Of a stretch of DNA of 64,000 bases, positions 23,906-37,214 are shown one piece after another (the first letter of the stretch is position 1; each line of letters begins with the position of its first letter). Under the pieces are notes generated by a model. That model searched no databases. It was not told where the DNA came from and was given only the letters and a program-made list of their open reading frames with translations. The translations under genes were made by a program, and so were the position numbers. Source of the stretch: Somniosus microcephalus (taxonomy: Eukaryota); contig CM126208.1 of assembly GCA_052327205.1 (NCBI GenBank), forward strand, positions 71,362,001-71,426,000, read 5' to 3'.

Positions 23906-24040
23906 CAGTTCTGACGAAGGCTCCATACCTGAATCGTTAGCTTGCCTGTTCTCTCCATAGATGCTGCCTGACATGTTCAGCGTTTCTTACACCTTCTGTT
24001 TTTGTTTCAGATATCCAGCATCTTGAGTATTTTGCTTTTT
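23906..24040 (+). mobile_element. Degenerate Penelope-like terminus (CTGACGA...GAAT); a similar copy at 26678-26795 has GAAAC deleted and a rearranged copy lies at 27921-28065
   Basis: Same tail GATGCTGCCTGAC...TTTCAGAT.TCCAGCATC...GTATTTTGCTTTT. Confidence 0.75.
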
Positions 24041-27000
24041 TGTTCATCTGGGTTTTAACATCAATTTGCCTTGATGAAGGGAGACCTAGCCAGCAGTTCC
24101 ATTGCTGATCACTTCCACTTTAAGTATGCACTGCAGGCACCTGTTGAGGAATGGGTCAAGCTTGGCTGTATTCTCCTCCAGTCGGATGTCCAATCAGCAC
24201 TCTCTGCCCAGGCTCCCACAGATAATAGTTGCTTACAGGAGGTACTGGCTCACACTCATGGAACTGCACCTTGTAAGGTAGTCAATACCTTTAGCAAGAA
24301 GTGGCGGGGGGGGGGGGGGGGGGGTGGGGAGAGAATGCTGAAGCAAAAGATGGCCAAGGCAGCAATTAAGGAGAGTTGGAAGAGGAAATCTGCTTGGACT
24401 TTCACTCATCACCGTCCCAGTGAATCCTATTGGAAGGTTCAATTATATGGATGACTGGTGAGATGAGGTTTAGGCTCACATGTGATAAATGGTCACTCGG
24501 GCAAGGAGCCAGAGGGTTTCTGTAGTGTTGGCACCATGACCCAGCAAGTGTCAATGCCTTAAAGAGGGGGAGAAACTTAGATGTTTGGGGGAAGGGCACA
24601 GAAGAGATGAAAAATAGTTCCTTGACCAAGTTAATACTGGAAAATTCAGTCTCATAAGTGGTTTATATTGAAGTTCTTAATGACCCATGAACCCTAGTGG
24701 GAGGGGATTTTGTGCACCAGAATGTATCTTCCCACTCCGCATGAAAGGTGCAGCTTTTACAACAGTGCAGCCTGCACGTTACTGTAAAAACAGAACAAAA
24801 TACACCCGTACAAAGTAACTGGGTGGTACAATGGGTTTAAACAGTAACCCTTTACTTCTGAAATCTGGGCTCAAATCCAGCAGAGGCCGATTTCCTCACA
24901 GGAACAAGTTTGAAGCCATTTCAATTCAGGAAGGAGCCAACGGCACCAAGTAAAGCAGAGCGATGATGCAGAACCGGGCAGTTCCAGGATTGGTTATTAC
25001 TGAAGCATCAACGGCACCCTCGAATAGCTGCATTAACAATTCAACCAGTGGGGACAAGGCCAGATTGGAGCTGCTGTTAGATCACTATTTGCTTGTCGCG
25101 GTGCAAATGTTTTAAATATTTGTTCAATACACAGTGACACTGGCAAGGATGCATTTAATGCCCATAGTCACTCGAAAAGATGAGCTTCCTTAGCAATTGA
25201 AAAGCATGTTAGCAGTCAACCACCTAATGAAGCAGTTGGGTTTTTACAATAATCTGGCAGCTTTTAGTCATTTTTCGTAGTGCCAGCACATATTTACCAG
25301 ATTTCTTGAATTCAATTTCTCTTGGGTTATTCAGTATGGTAACCACTGCGCTACTGTACCTGATAGCATCTGAATCAGGTTTGAAGAATTCACATCAGGA
25401 TTTTACAACTTCACTTTTATGTATGCAGCTAACTGATGCTACAGTAACTCTCCATGACTAAAACTTAATACATTCAACCGCACTATTGTATTTTATTTTG
25501 CTAGTTGTTTTTTTAAGTTCCTATTTTCACATCCACAGCCATGAAAATCATGGACAAGCTAACTAAAGTCGGCTTTGACCTAGAGTCGGAGCAGGAAGAA
25601 AGTTCAATAGGAAACAGCTTTCAGCACCTCTCCCTTGGACCCCCAAGTAGAAAGAGGCAGTTACTTGCAGCTGCCACATGGATAACTGCTATGGAAAACC
25701 AAAATGTCTTACTGGTGCTCGATCTTCATTGAGCTTTGAGGAAAGGGGAGATGAATTGATCAGGCTATTCTAGGAATCACAGGGATCCAGCGATGAGCTT
25801 TGAAGGTGATGAATCTATGCTTTTTTTTGCCAAATCAATTGAGTTGAAATCCTCAGAGGTCATGCTATAGCTGTACATTGCCCTGGTCTTGTCTCAACTA
25901 GTGTGCGGCATACAGTTCCAGTTGACCTATAATTAGCCGGCCATCCAGGCCTCCAAGAGGATATTCCCTATGTCCAAGAGAAGCGGTATGAGGAATTATT
26001 TGATAAAGTAGAACTCTTTAGCCTTAAAAAGAGGGGACCTTGGAATTAGTTGATAAACTAGGCTTTTTTAGCCTCAAAAAATATTTGAGGTGACCTGAAA
26101 GAGGATAGGGAAAGTAAACCTGAAAAAATACTTTCAATACGCAGGGCAGGACAATAAGGTAAAGCTTCGGGGCTGTGAAGGGCAAGTTTGGGGCAGGTGC
26201 AGGAAGCAATTCTTCACACACAAGCTGGTCAACAGGTGGTAGTGGTGGCGACGGAGGATGGTTGAAGCCAGGGTACATCAACAGATGCTGTAATGGGAAA
26301 ACTGTAGAGTTGGCATTGCAAAAGGATGAGATCAAATTGGCTGAAATATCTTGACTTTATTCTGCATTATGTATTAATGACTAACTATTTGTCACAAGTT
26401 GCTGGAAAATTGTTGCTCTTTCCTTTGCACTGTAATGAACTTGAGTTATTTATTCTTGTGTAAGTCACAGTGAAATATGATACAGCCTGAACCATCAATA
26501 GCTGTTGCACAAATCTGACCCTGGTGGAACATGAAAAGACACTGGGGAGCCCATGGATTAACGAATAAAAATTCCCACAGCATCACAATACACAAAAAGA
26601 GAAGGTAATTTACAGCTCATGTGGTGGTGTGTCATGACTTTGAACCCCAGCCTCCTGTAACAATCCAATTTCTTTGTGTTCTGATGAAAGGTCATCGAAC
26701 TTTATTTCTCTTTCCACAGATGCTGCCTGACCTGCTGATTATTTCCAGAATTGTGTGTTTATTTCATATTTCCAGCATCCGCAGTACTTTGCTTTTGTGT
26801 TGTCCCTAATTGACAGATGGGACAAACCAGCTGGTTGATAATAGTGTTGTGTGGATGGAAAAGGAAAATATCCCCAATCCTTGTACCCTTATAAGCAGCC
26901 AGATCGGGACCGTCTCCCCTTCACTGTGAACTAAAGAACAGTTGACTGACAATTTTTTTGTCCAGGAGTTTGGAGACATGCTTCTTAAACCACCAACTCT

Positions 27001-27419
27001 CATTACTACTGACAGACCGTCAGTACTTTTCCCAAGCATTCCACAGCTCAAAATGTTCTCTCCCAAGTTTAAAAGGGTGTTTTCTGCTGCACAAGTGAAC
27101 ATGGTGTGAAAATGTCACACTCCATTCACAGCTCTTCTGTGAACGAAGCAGCCCATGCCAGCCTACAACGGGGCCTGGAAAACATTTAAGCTTGGGCTGC
27201 CTACTAGGTAGCAGGTAACATTCATGTCACAGAAAGGCCAATCACCAACCCCCGACTTTCAAAGGCTCCACTTTCACCAACAGTTACCAACATCTTAAGT
27301 CACCATTGACCAGAAATTTGATTGTACCAACCAGGTCAACACCCTGATTGCAAGAGCAGGGCAGAGACTGGGCGCTCTAGGACAAGTGGCTCATATGGAA
27401 ATGATGCATAGCAGAGGAA

Positions 27420-27620
27420 GTTGATTAGGTTGGTTAGGTTGATTGGCTATGATAAATTGACCCTTAGTGTTAGGGGGATTAGACACGTGGGGTTACAAGG
27501 ATAGGGTGGGATATGTGTTGGTGTAGGGGTTACGGGGATCGGGTGGAATATGTGTCGGTGCAGGCTCGATGGGCCGAAATGGCCTCTATCTGCACTGTGG
27601 GGTTTCTGTGATTTCTGTGA
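27420..27620 (+). mobile_element. HE1-like elasmobranch SINE, 3' half
   Basis: GTTAGGTTGATTGGCTATGATAAATTG...GGCTCGATGGGCCGAAATGGCCT...GCACTGTGGGGTTTCTGTGA; the tail resembles the CR1 tails in this window. Confidence 0.7.
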
Positions 27621-27754
27621 AGTCTGAAGATGGAGAAAAAATTAATACATATTTAAGAAAAACAACTGCAAATAAGGTGGGACATAAAGTTATTGTCTGA
27701 GATTTAGGACTGAAATCAGGAAGCACCTTTCCATGCAACGGTTAGTCGTATGGG

Positions 27755-28300
27755 TACGGTAGCAGAATGGTTAAGTTACTGGACTTATAATCCAGAGAAG
27801 GTGAATCCAAATCCCACCATGGTTTGAGAATTTGAATTCAGTTTAAAATAAAAAGCTGGTATCAGTAATCCTGACCATGCAGCTGTCAAATTGTCGTAAA
27901 ACCCAACCATTTCACTGAAACAAAAGTAAAATATTGCGGATGCTGAAAATCTTTAATAAAAGCAGAAAATGCTGAAAATACTCCCAAGAGTTAACCTGAA
28001 ACGTTAACTTGGTTTCTCTCTCCACAGATGCTGCCTGACCTGAGTATTCACAGAATTTTTTTTAAAATTCCAACTCTTTCAATAATGTACTTTAGTGCCA
28101 TCCTTATCCGGTCTGGCCTATTTGTGACTCAAGTCCCACAACAACATGGTTGACTCTTAACTGCTCTGTGTAGTACCCTAGCAAGCCACTCAGTTGTATC
28201 AAATCGCTACAATACAGTGATTCAAGGTGACCCACTAGAAATGGACAATAAATGCCAACTTCTCCACTGAAGTCCTCTCCCAAGAATGAATTTAATAAAA
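27755..28300 (+). mobile_element. tRNA-head SINE sharing its tail with the second LINE family, interrupted by a Penelope-like piece (related copies near 6380-7100, 25130-25360, 51930-52205)
   Basis: Head GCAGAATGGTTAAGTTACTGGACT...CAAATCCCACCATGG; tail ATGGACAATAAATGCC similar to 12590-12630. Confidence 0.55.
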
Positions 28301-30205
28301 ACTGGCAATCATCCCCTCCACCCCCACACACACACCGCCCCAACAAAAGGTTGTGGACGATGGCTCAATTGAAATTTCAAAATACGAACTCGGAGAGAAA
28401 AGCGGTTATTTTCTCTTAAAATTTCAATAGATTTTTGTTAGGTGAGGGTATCAAGAGCTCTGGAGCAAAGGCTGGTAAATGGAGTTGAGGTACAGATCAG
28501 CCATAATCTAACTGAATGGCGGCACAGGCTCGAGGGGCCTACTTCTGTTCCGATCGTGAGGAAAGACAGCAAACCCAGAGAGTCCCAGCTTGAAACATAC
28601 TTTTTTCAGCCAATCTATAGGACAGCTAAACTAAGCCAGTAAGGTGGACTGGAAACAGGTTTCAGGGTATATTTGGACTTTGTTCACACAATGATCGAAT
28701 TTGTTCCACAGTTCTAATTAATGTATGGGAACATACCCTGGTGCACTAAACAATTCCTGGCTCATTTTTCTAGAACCTGGTCATGGAAAGTCATTTTAAA
28801 AATACGAACTCGAAGAGAAAAGTGGTTATTTTCTCTTGAAATTTCCCATTCCGCAACTTCTGTGGCTGTGGCCCTACGTTAAGGGGTTGAAGGAAATATT
28901 TTTGAACACTGCGCCCACAAAATTCCTTCTAATTGGGTATGGGGAGAGGAAGGAAAGTCTACCTGATAAATGGAATTCAATTTAGTTACCTCTGCTGGAA
29001 GTGAACATGTGCACATCATAGAAGGAAAGGATGGACTCAACTCATTCAGATAGCGCACTACCACTCAATGCCAAGGATTATAAACCAAATAATGGGCAAG
29101 AAACCAGAGGGCAGCCACTGATTCATACATCAGTAAGGAGACAATTATTTTAGGAGGGGAGAGAAGGGGCGGGGCGAAAAATTGGTACAGGAAAATTTAA
29201 GAAGCAATATTGCAGCTTCAGGTAAGCAATACCTAATGAATTTCCATAACAACTCTCACTTATATCAGTGCCATTAGCACAAGGAAATAGCCCACGGTGT
29301 TTCACAAAGTGGGCATCAGATTCAAGGAGGGTGGGGGGGGTGGGGGGGAGAAGCGTCGAGAGGTGACAGAAGGGGTAGTGAAAGTAGGTTTTACAGTTTT
29401 TGAAGATGGAGAGTGATGCAACAAGGCAGAGGGGGTTGGCAGGAGAATTCGGCAAAGATGGTATAAGGCACTGTCACAAGGGGCAGCATATACAGAAGAA
29501 CATAGTTGAAAGAAAGGAGGATGAAAACAGGGGTTTAGGGTTGGAAATGGTCAGAATCATAGCTTTTACAGTACAAAAGGAAGCCATTCAGCCCACCCAT
29601 CTGAAGGAGCTGTCCCCTTAATCCCATTCCCTGCCCTTTCCTCATACCATTAAATTATTTTTCTTTTTCGAATATTATCCACTTTTTTAAAAGCCTTCAT
29701 AGATTCTGCTTCCATCACTATTTCTAGCCGAGCATTCCATGTCTCAACAACCCTTGGAGTTAAAACATTTTTTTTTGCCCAACTTCTACCTTTGTTCTTT
29801 TGGTGATTTATACCCTCGAGGTACAATGGAGCAAAACAATTAAGGAACTCGTAATTGAGGATAACATTTTTGAAATTAACACATTGGGTAAGGGAAGCTA
29901 ACAGGTGTGAGCAGGAATTAGTGCAGGATAGGAAACGGGCATACAAGGAGAGCGGTAGAGGTTAAGCCTGGCGGTGGGCAAAGTGCCTATCAGAGTTTCA
30001 GCAATAATAGGGGCGAGGTAGAGACGGGCGATATTTCGCAGGTAGAAGTTAACAGTTTAGATGAACAGCACCAGCTAACAACCTGCCACCTATGCAAAAT
30101 GACAGCATGTTTGCACTGCTGTTCTATGCATTTCTCAGTCCTGTACAGTATACATAACCGCACTTATAGGATCAAAGCCAGAGACATGAAGTGTCACAAA
30201 CCCAC

Positions 30206-30274
30206 CATAAACCAATTCATAAAAATCAAACACTTCTTGGCAATAATGAAACAATTCTGACACACTGCCAAAGT
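30206..30274 (-). CDS. Candidate 69-nt exon: (D)FGSVSELFHYCQEVFDFYELVY (3' boundary and frame uncertain)
   Basis: Pyrimidine tract TTTTTGTTTTCCTGTTTGAGTGCAG| and donor ATG|GTGGGT; the frame stays open to 30135. Confidence 0.35.
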
Positions 30275-30751
30275 CTGCACTCAAACAGGAAAACAAAAAG
30301 CCATTTACAAATAAGGTTTTGCTTTCAAATTGACGCCACATGGGATTGAGGGGGTAATCACATTATTTAAATTATAGCCATAAATTTCAACGTCTTTCGG
30401 ATCCAAAGTGTAAATTGAATTTAAGATTGATTGTTAATGCGAAGATGATTTTTGTAAGTGCACAGACCTCAATTTCATTTACTCTTGGAGGAGGAGGAAG
30501 GCTAGACTCCATTGGAAACTCCATGGAAGGTTTGTATACTTAAAAAGTGCTGATGCAGACAAGACACAGCTGTGTTGACTATATTGCTGCAACCAACCAG
30601 GTTAGCGACTGAACCAACTGGTAAAACTGGAGGATGAGTAATCGTTGGCTGCTCTCATGCACTGAGAAGCTGGTGAACGAGCACTGGCAGAGGTTGACTG
30701 TCTTTCCAGCTTTGGAATTTCACAGACAATTAACAAGTGATTTAAAAAGTA

Positions 30752-30906
30752 CAAAAGCAGAATACTGCAAGTGCTGGAAACCTGAAATAAAAACAGAAAA
30801 TGCTGGAAATACTCAGGTCAGGCAGCATCTGTGGAGAGAAACAGATCGATCGCTCCACAGATGCTGCCTGACCTGCTGAGTATTTCCAGCATTTTCTGTT
30901 TTTAAT
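30752..30906. mobile_element. Fold-back Penelope-like terminus with flanking direct repeat
   Basis: Arms AAAAACAGAAAATGCTGGAAATACTCAG..GTCAGGCAGCATCTGTGGAG / CTCCACAGATGCTGCCTGAC..CTGAGTATTTCCAGCATTTTCTGTTTTT; TTTAAAAAGTACAAAAGC at 30741 and TTTAAAAGTACAAAGC at 30906. Confidence 0.8.
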
Positions 30907-31679
30907 TTAAAAGTACAAAGCTCCAAAATCCAATTCCAAAGTGCTGTAACTCCTGGTTTGGGTTTTCTGCCTAGGTGACATCAGGACAAATGAGACCAGC
31001 AGAAAGTGTTGGCCTTTTTTTGGGTCTGAATTCGGTCCCCATTTCTTTGGCTCATGCTGGGGTACAGTTCTATAGCAGTCAGTTACTCCTCGCTACCTAC
31101 AGTAAGTGACCGTTCTTCACACGCAACCCTAAACAGCAAGTGTTGGAAGATTATTCAGCTGTAGGATGCATGACATCCAAGCCTAATTGTGGCCTTATCA
31201 CACATCTAGCACAAAACAGTGTACAGAAGAAATGCGTATCAAAGTAACAGAGTATGTTATAGTACAGTGCACTTCTTCACTGCTGCAGTCACTTGATGCC
31301 ATATCCTTTGGGTACTGGCATCACCACTTCTATTATCTTTTCAAATCAAGTCAGTGCCAGTATCACACAATTATGCAACACAAAAAATATTTTTAAAAAC
31401 ATCAGTAATCCAGCAACAAGTCCTTTCAGCAGCTTCAGCAGAGAGAGTTGGAAGATGAAACATTTCCCTACAAGGAGTCATTGCAGCAGAACCCATTGTG
31501 GATAAAAATTTGAAGCAAAGGAATATAGAAGACTACAGGGAGATAGAGCAGTGGAATGAGTTTGCAATTGCTCTAGCAGTGGTACAGATGTGATGGATTG
31601 AATGTCTTTCTAGTGTGCTGTAAACCTCTCTAGTTCTGTTATTGTCCATGAAGGAATACATCCTGGTTTATTACTGAAT

Positions 31680-32808
31680 TAGTCAAGGGTGCAAGGACAA
31701 TCCTAGTATTTACAGGCCGGTCAGTTTCACATCAGTGGTGGGTAAAGTTTTAGAAACAATAATCAAGGAAAAAATTAACGGGCACTTGGAGAGGTTTCAG
31801 CTAATTGAGGAGAGTCAACACGGATTTGTAAAAGGCAGATCGTGTTTGACTAATCCAATTGAATTTTTTGATGAAGTAACAGGGAGGATCAATGAAGGGA
31901 ATGCAATGGGCGTTGTCTACTTGGATTTTGGGAAGGCATTTGGCAAAGTACCACATAGAATGCTGCTTAACAAAACTGAGTCTCACAGAATAGGTGGGTC
32001 AGTGGCAGCTTGGATAAGGAATTGGCTTAAGGACAGAAAACAGCGAGTTGTGGCAAATGGCCATTTTTCAGACTGAAGGATGGTAGACAGTTGTGTTCCC
32101 CAAGGGTCAGTGCTGGGGCCACTGCTTTTATATGACCTGGATATTGGAATACAGAGTAGAATTTCTAAATTTGCCGATGACACCAAACTTGGGGTTGTGG
32201 CAAACAGTGATGATGATACCAATCGACTACAACAGGACATAGAAAGGCTAGCAGAATGGGCAGACAAGTGGCAGATGGAATTTAATACAGAGAAGTGTGA
32301 GGTGATGCATTTTGGCACAAGGAACAGGGAGAGGCAGCAATATACACTTAATGGCACAGTTTTAAAGAGTGCAGGGACAGAGGGACCTGGGAGTTAATGT
32401 GCATGGGTCCCTGAAGGTGGCAGGACATATTGAGAGAGTGGTTAGCAAAGCATGTGGGATCTTGGGCTTTGTAAATAGAGGTATTGAGTACAAAAGTAGA
32501 GAAGTTATGGGGAAAGGCTGTTCCCACTTGTTGATGGTACAAGGACTAGGGGACACAGATTTAAGGTTTTGGGCAAGAGATACAGGGGGGGTATGAGGAA
32601 AAACGTTTTACACAGCGAGTGGTGAGGACTTGGAATTCGCTGCCGACGGAAGTGGTGGAAGTGGAGACACTCAATGTTTTCAAGGGGAGACTGGATAGGC
32701 ACTTGAGGGAAATAAACTTGCAGGACTACGGGGATAGAGCAGGGGAATGGGACTGACTGGATTGCTCTACAGAGAGCCGGCACAGATGTGATGTGCCGTT
32801 ATGACTCT
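31680..32808 (+). mobile_element. CR1 LINE fragment with internal deletion
   Basis: ESQHGFVKGRSCLTN, VYLDFGKAFGKVPH, SKFADDTKLG; jumps from REVM directly to GAAAGGCTGTTCCCA relative to the 1241 copy. Confidence 0.93.
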
Positions 32809-34607
32809 CGTATATAGTTACTTAAGACCTGGCTTGTCACTGGGTTTATTTAGTGCATTCACAGCAATATGGGGGGGGGGGGGGGGGGGGCGGGGAAGGA
32901 AATTCCACTGAAACCACTAGTATTTAATGTTGTGCGGTACAGCTATCCCTACCCTTGCATTAATACCTCAAATTGTTTATATCACCATCACCAGTAAACA
33001 CTACAACCACACCCTAGTCACTCAAGAAGCTCAACATCATCCAGGACAGAGAAGGATCGGTACCCCTGCCACTGGACCCACTATCCACCTACTCTATAGC
33101 TGCAGTCTGTACGATGTATAGGATACACTGCAGCAACTCCCCAAGGTTACTTTGACAGCACCTCACTCCTCTGTGATCTCTACCTCCAAGAGACATATGT
33201 GGGAACATCACCACTTGCACGTCACAAATCATCCTGACCTAGACATATCACCTATCCTTCATCGCCACTGTGTTAATACCTTGGAATTCACAAACTAACA
33301 CCATTGTGGAAGGACCATCACAAGGACTGCAGCAGTCAAGGAGTTTGTTGTTTATCCTCTACACTGCTTATGTGGAGGATAAACACCAACATGTACTGAA
33401 TGGGCCGAACGGCTTGTTTCCAGGTTATAATTTCTACGTAATTCTAGAAAGCCCACTCCCTTAGGACAAGTGGAGATGGATAATTAATAGTCAATCCATC
33501 ATTGCTCAAAATGCTGAGGGGGGAAGAAAAAAACCTCACTCCGGGCACAATCCAAGGAGAACTTGGGATTTCACTGCTGCTTCCAGCACTCCAAAAATGT
33601 CTAGCCCGGTCAGAATTTTAGACGTTTCAATGAGATCCCCTCTCATTCTTCTAAACTCTAGAATGCCACGACATAGCTACCTTTATACTTTCCAGCTTTG
33701 TGGTATCTGGAGAGCATGTTGAGCTGCAGAACAGTCAGTCCGTCACTGGTGCAAGCAGTTTGAGGTGCTGGATTTAGAGTATCACACAACATTCAAGTTT
33801 CCTAGTATTGCTACCAGTACACTAAATAAACCTGGAGACAACATTACATTAGAAACCTCGGAGTCCAATTAACTTAAGTGGACACGTGAAAAAGAAAAAC
33901 TCCAGGGGTCTCTTTATCCAGCTCTTTCTCTCTTCCAGCATAGCAGGCATTGACATTTCAACCTCCACACTCTATTTCCTTAAATACCTGTTAAGAATAC
34001 TGCAAATGGGACCACTAAAATTTCAACTGCAGACACAGAAATGGTCCATCCATCTTGCAGTGATTAAACTCCAGGAAAATTACAAATTCACAGCCTCATA
34101 CATTTTATGTTTAACACTTGCTTCCTGCAGCATCACACTTCCTGTAATATTTTCTCCACCACACTTTGTGGATAATATCTGATTTTTATAAAAGTGTATT
34201 TTCCAACTCAGTATACAACGCCACAGGACATCTGCCAATTATTAATGTAAATTACAAGTGTTTTTCAACATCAATGCTGATTTTCCCATCTTTACATCAA
34301 ATGACTGTACAGCAGGTCTCTCAGGAATTTTTGTTTGAAATTCAGTCCAAACAGAAGTTGACTCTGGGGGTGGTAATTAATGCAATGTTTCTGTATTGCT
34401 CTGGGTGCACAAACATCTGGCTAATACTTTCCATCAATAGCGGTTCTTCAGCTCAGTAAATGTCAAAGTCCTTGACAATCCAAGAAAAACTAGCCTTGAA
34501 AATTGAAAGTGATCGTCATTAATTTGACTAGTGAACAACATGCTATTGTGGACATGTTTTTGCAGCTGTAATACCTGAATTAGATGCATTTTCACACCAT
34601 TCCTCAC

Positions 34608-35185
34608 GGAAACATAGAAAATAGGAGCAGGAGTAGGCCATTCGGCCCTTCGAGCCTGCTCCGCCATTCAATATCACGGCTGATCCTCGATCTCAATACC
34701 ATATATTCCTGCTCTCTCCCCATGCCCCTTGATGCCTTTTGTGTCTAGAAATCTATCTATCTCATTCTTAAATATATTCAGTGACTTGGCCTCCACAGCT
34801 GTCTGTGGTAGAGAATTCCACAGGTTCACCACACTCTGAGTGAAGAAATTTCTCCTCATCTCAGTCCTAAATGTCCTACCCCGTATCCTGAGACTGTGAC
34901 CCCTCGTTCTAGACCCCCCAGCCAGGGGAAACATCCTCCCTGCATCCAGTCTGTCTAGCCCCGTCAGAATTTTATACGTTTCAACTAAACTCATTCTTCT
35001 AAACTCTAGTGAATACAGGCCTAGTCGACCCAATCTCTCCTCTTACAACAGTCCTGCCATCCCAGGAATCAGTCTGGTGAACCTTCGCTGCACTCCCTCT
35101 ATGGCAAGTATATCCTTTCTGAGGTAAGGAGACCAAAACTGCACACAGTACTCCAGGTGTGGTCTCACCAAGGCCCTGTATAACT
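34608..35185 (-). mobile_element. CR1 3' fragment
   Basis: GLYSLEFRRM...NFFTQSVVNLWNSLP plus CR1 tail. Confidence 0.93.
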
Positions 35186-35544
35186 GTCTGTATAACAGGC
35201 TACGGCGAAACTGCATAATACTAATTAATAAAAATATAAGAGCTATATTATGATCACAAAAAAATCTTTCTCAATGCCTATACTGACTGACGGTTCATTC
35301 ACCCAAGAGAAGGTTGAGGGGTGACCCGATAGGGGTCTTCAAAATCATAAAGGGATTCGATAGGGTAGATGTAGAGAAGATGTTGCCACTTTGGGAAAGG
35401 GGGGGGGGGGGGGGGGAAAAGAGGCGCAGTCCAAAATTATGGTTCATAAATGTAAAATAGTCACCAATAAATCCAATAAGGAATTTAGGGTAAACTTCTT
35501 TACTCAGAGTGGCAAGAATGTGAAACTCGCAACCACATGAAGGG

Positions 35545-35877
35545 CAGGAAACTCTCGATTTACCGGCACCTAAATAACCGGAAATCTCTTAACCGGCAAA
35601 ATTCAGGAGTAGGTTCAGCTAAGTTTTACTTCATATCAGTGGCTGTTCCTGGATCTGTGGCTGTGTAACTGGGGTTCATGCACTTGTTGCTAAGCAACAA
35701 GGACGCTTAGTCTGTGGCCGGAGTTCCTGCACATGTTGCTAAGCAACAGGGAAGCCTGGATTTGTTGCTGTGTACGGAGCTCTCGTACCTTTTAACTATA
35801 CCTCTCTGTAATCCGGACTTTTTGATAAACCAGCACCACGCTGGTCCCGTCGGTGCCGGATAATAAAGAGTTTCCTG
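35545..35877. mobile_element. Tc1/mariner (Tigger-like) MITE inserted in a plus-strand CR1 remnant (35305-36065)
   Basis: TIRs CAGGAAACTCTCGATTTACCGGCACC / GGTGCCGGATAATAAAGAGTTTCCTG; CR1 sequence resumes on both sides. Confidence 0.85.
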
Positions 35878-36072
35878 CAGTTAAGATGAATAGTGTGGAT
35901 GCATTTAAGGGGAAGTTAGATAAGTACATGAGTGAGAAAGGAAAAGGATATATTTATTGGGTGAAATGAAGTAAGGCGAGAGGAGGCTTGTGTGGAGCAT
36001 AAACGCTGGTATTGAACTGTTGGGTCGAATGGCCTGTTTCTGCACTGTAAATACTATGTAATACTATGTACA

Positions 36073-36535
36073 GTGTCAGCTGTGGCTCACTGGGTAGCTC
36101 ACTCACCTCCGAGTCAGAAGGTTGTGGGTTCAGGTCCCACTCCAGGGACTTGAGCACATAAAGCAAGGCTGACACTCCAGTGCAGTGCCAAGGGAGTGCT
36201 GCACTGTTGGAGGTGCCGTCTTTTGAATGAGGTGTTAAACCGAGGCCCCGTCTGCTCTCTCAGGCGGACGTAAAAGATCCTATGGCGCTATTTCGAAAAG
36301 AGCAGGGGAGTTATCCCCGGTGTCCTGGGGCCAATATTTATCCCTCAATCAACATAACAAAAACAGATTATCTGGTCATTATCACATTGCTGTTTGTGGG
36401 AGCTTTCTGTGCGCAAATTGGCTGCCACGTTTCCCACATTACAACAGTGACTACACTCCAAAAGTACTTCATTGACTGTAAAGCACTTTGAGATGTCTGG
36501 TGATTATGAAAGGCACTATATAAATGCAAGTCTTT
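36073..36535 (+). mobile_element. Full-length SacSINE1/DeuSINE-like SINE
   Basis: tRNA-like head (TGGCTCACTGGG A box, GGTTCAGGTCC B box), Deu-domain-like GTGCCGTCTTT...GTTAAACCGAGG...AAAGATCC.ATGGC, tail AGGCACTATATAAATGCAAGTCTT. Confidence 0.85.
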
Positions 36536-37214
36536 TATGTAATATTTTCTGAAAACCAAGGCTACAGATTATACTTTTAATATCTGTTGCAAATCCAAGA
36601 GAGCTTTGAAATAAAATAGAATACTTTAAACTTGTGAATTCCTGTTGTGTCATTTGACTGCAGAGATGCTAGATGTACTGATTTCACTCCAGTACAAGGA
36701 TTTTGTATGCCAGTTATACTTTCCTGGAAATGGAGATTGCTGTTTTGATTCTGATTCCATGAGCTTTGGCAGTCCTCCAGCTTCTCACCCAAAAGGCTAT
36801 TCTCCATGTATAGCCCTAGACAATTCTACCTTGTTGGGCATTATATACTCATCCAACATTCACATTTATGCACTTTCCAGCCTGGGACACTGGATAGTGA
36901 TCAGGAACAGAAACCTAGCTATTCCACTGCACCCCCACCACTGCCTCCCCCAGCCCGAGGGCACCAAGATCAAATGCAGCACTCTTTACTGTCCCGACTG
37001 AGTTCAACTCAATACAGACTGGGAATTCAACTGGAAAATTTCTTGTCTGTATGGCTCAGACTGATTTTACCAACTCTGGCATCTATAGGTAGGTTTTTAG
37101 TTTTCTCTGATAAACAATGAATATAAAACAATAGCAAATAAAAGGTTCCCTTTGTCTAATGTTGCTAATTTGCTTGGTGTCACTGCATCACTACTTCCGG
37201 ATTTCATATAATTA

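Noticed and set aside
36073-36145. tRNA gene
   Set aside because: tRNA-derived SINE head with A/B boxes but no cloverleaf; it continues into the SINE body.
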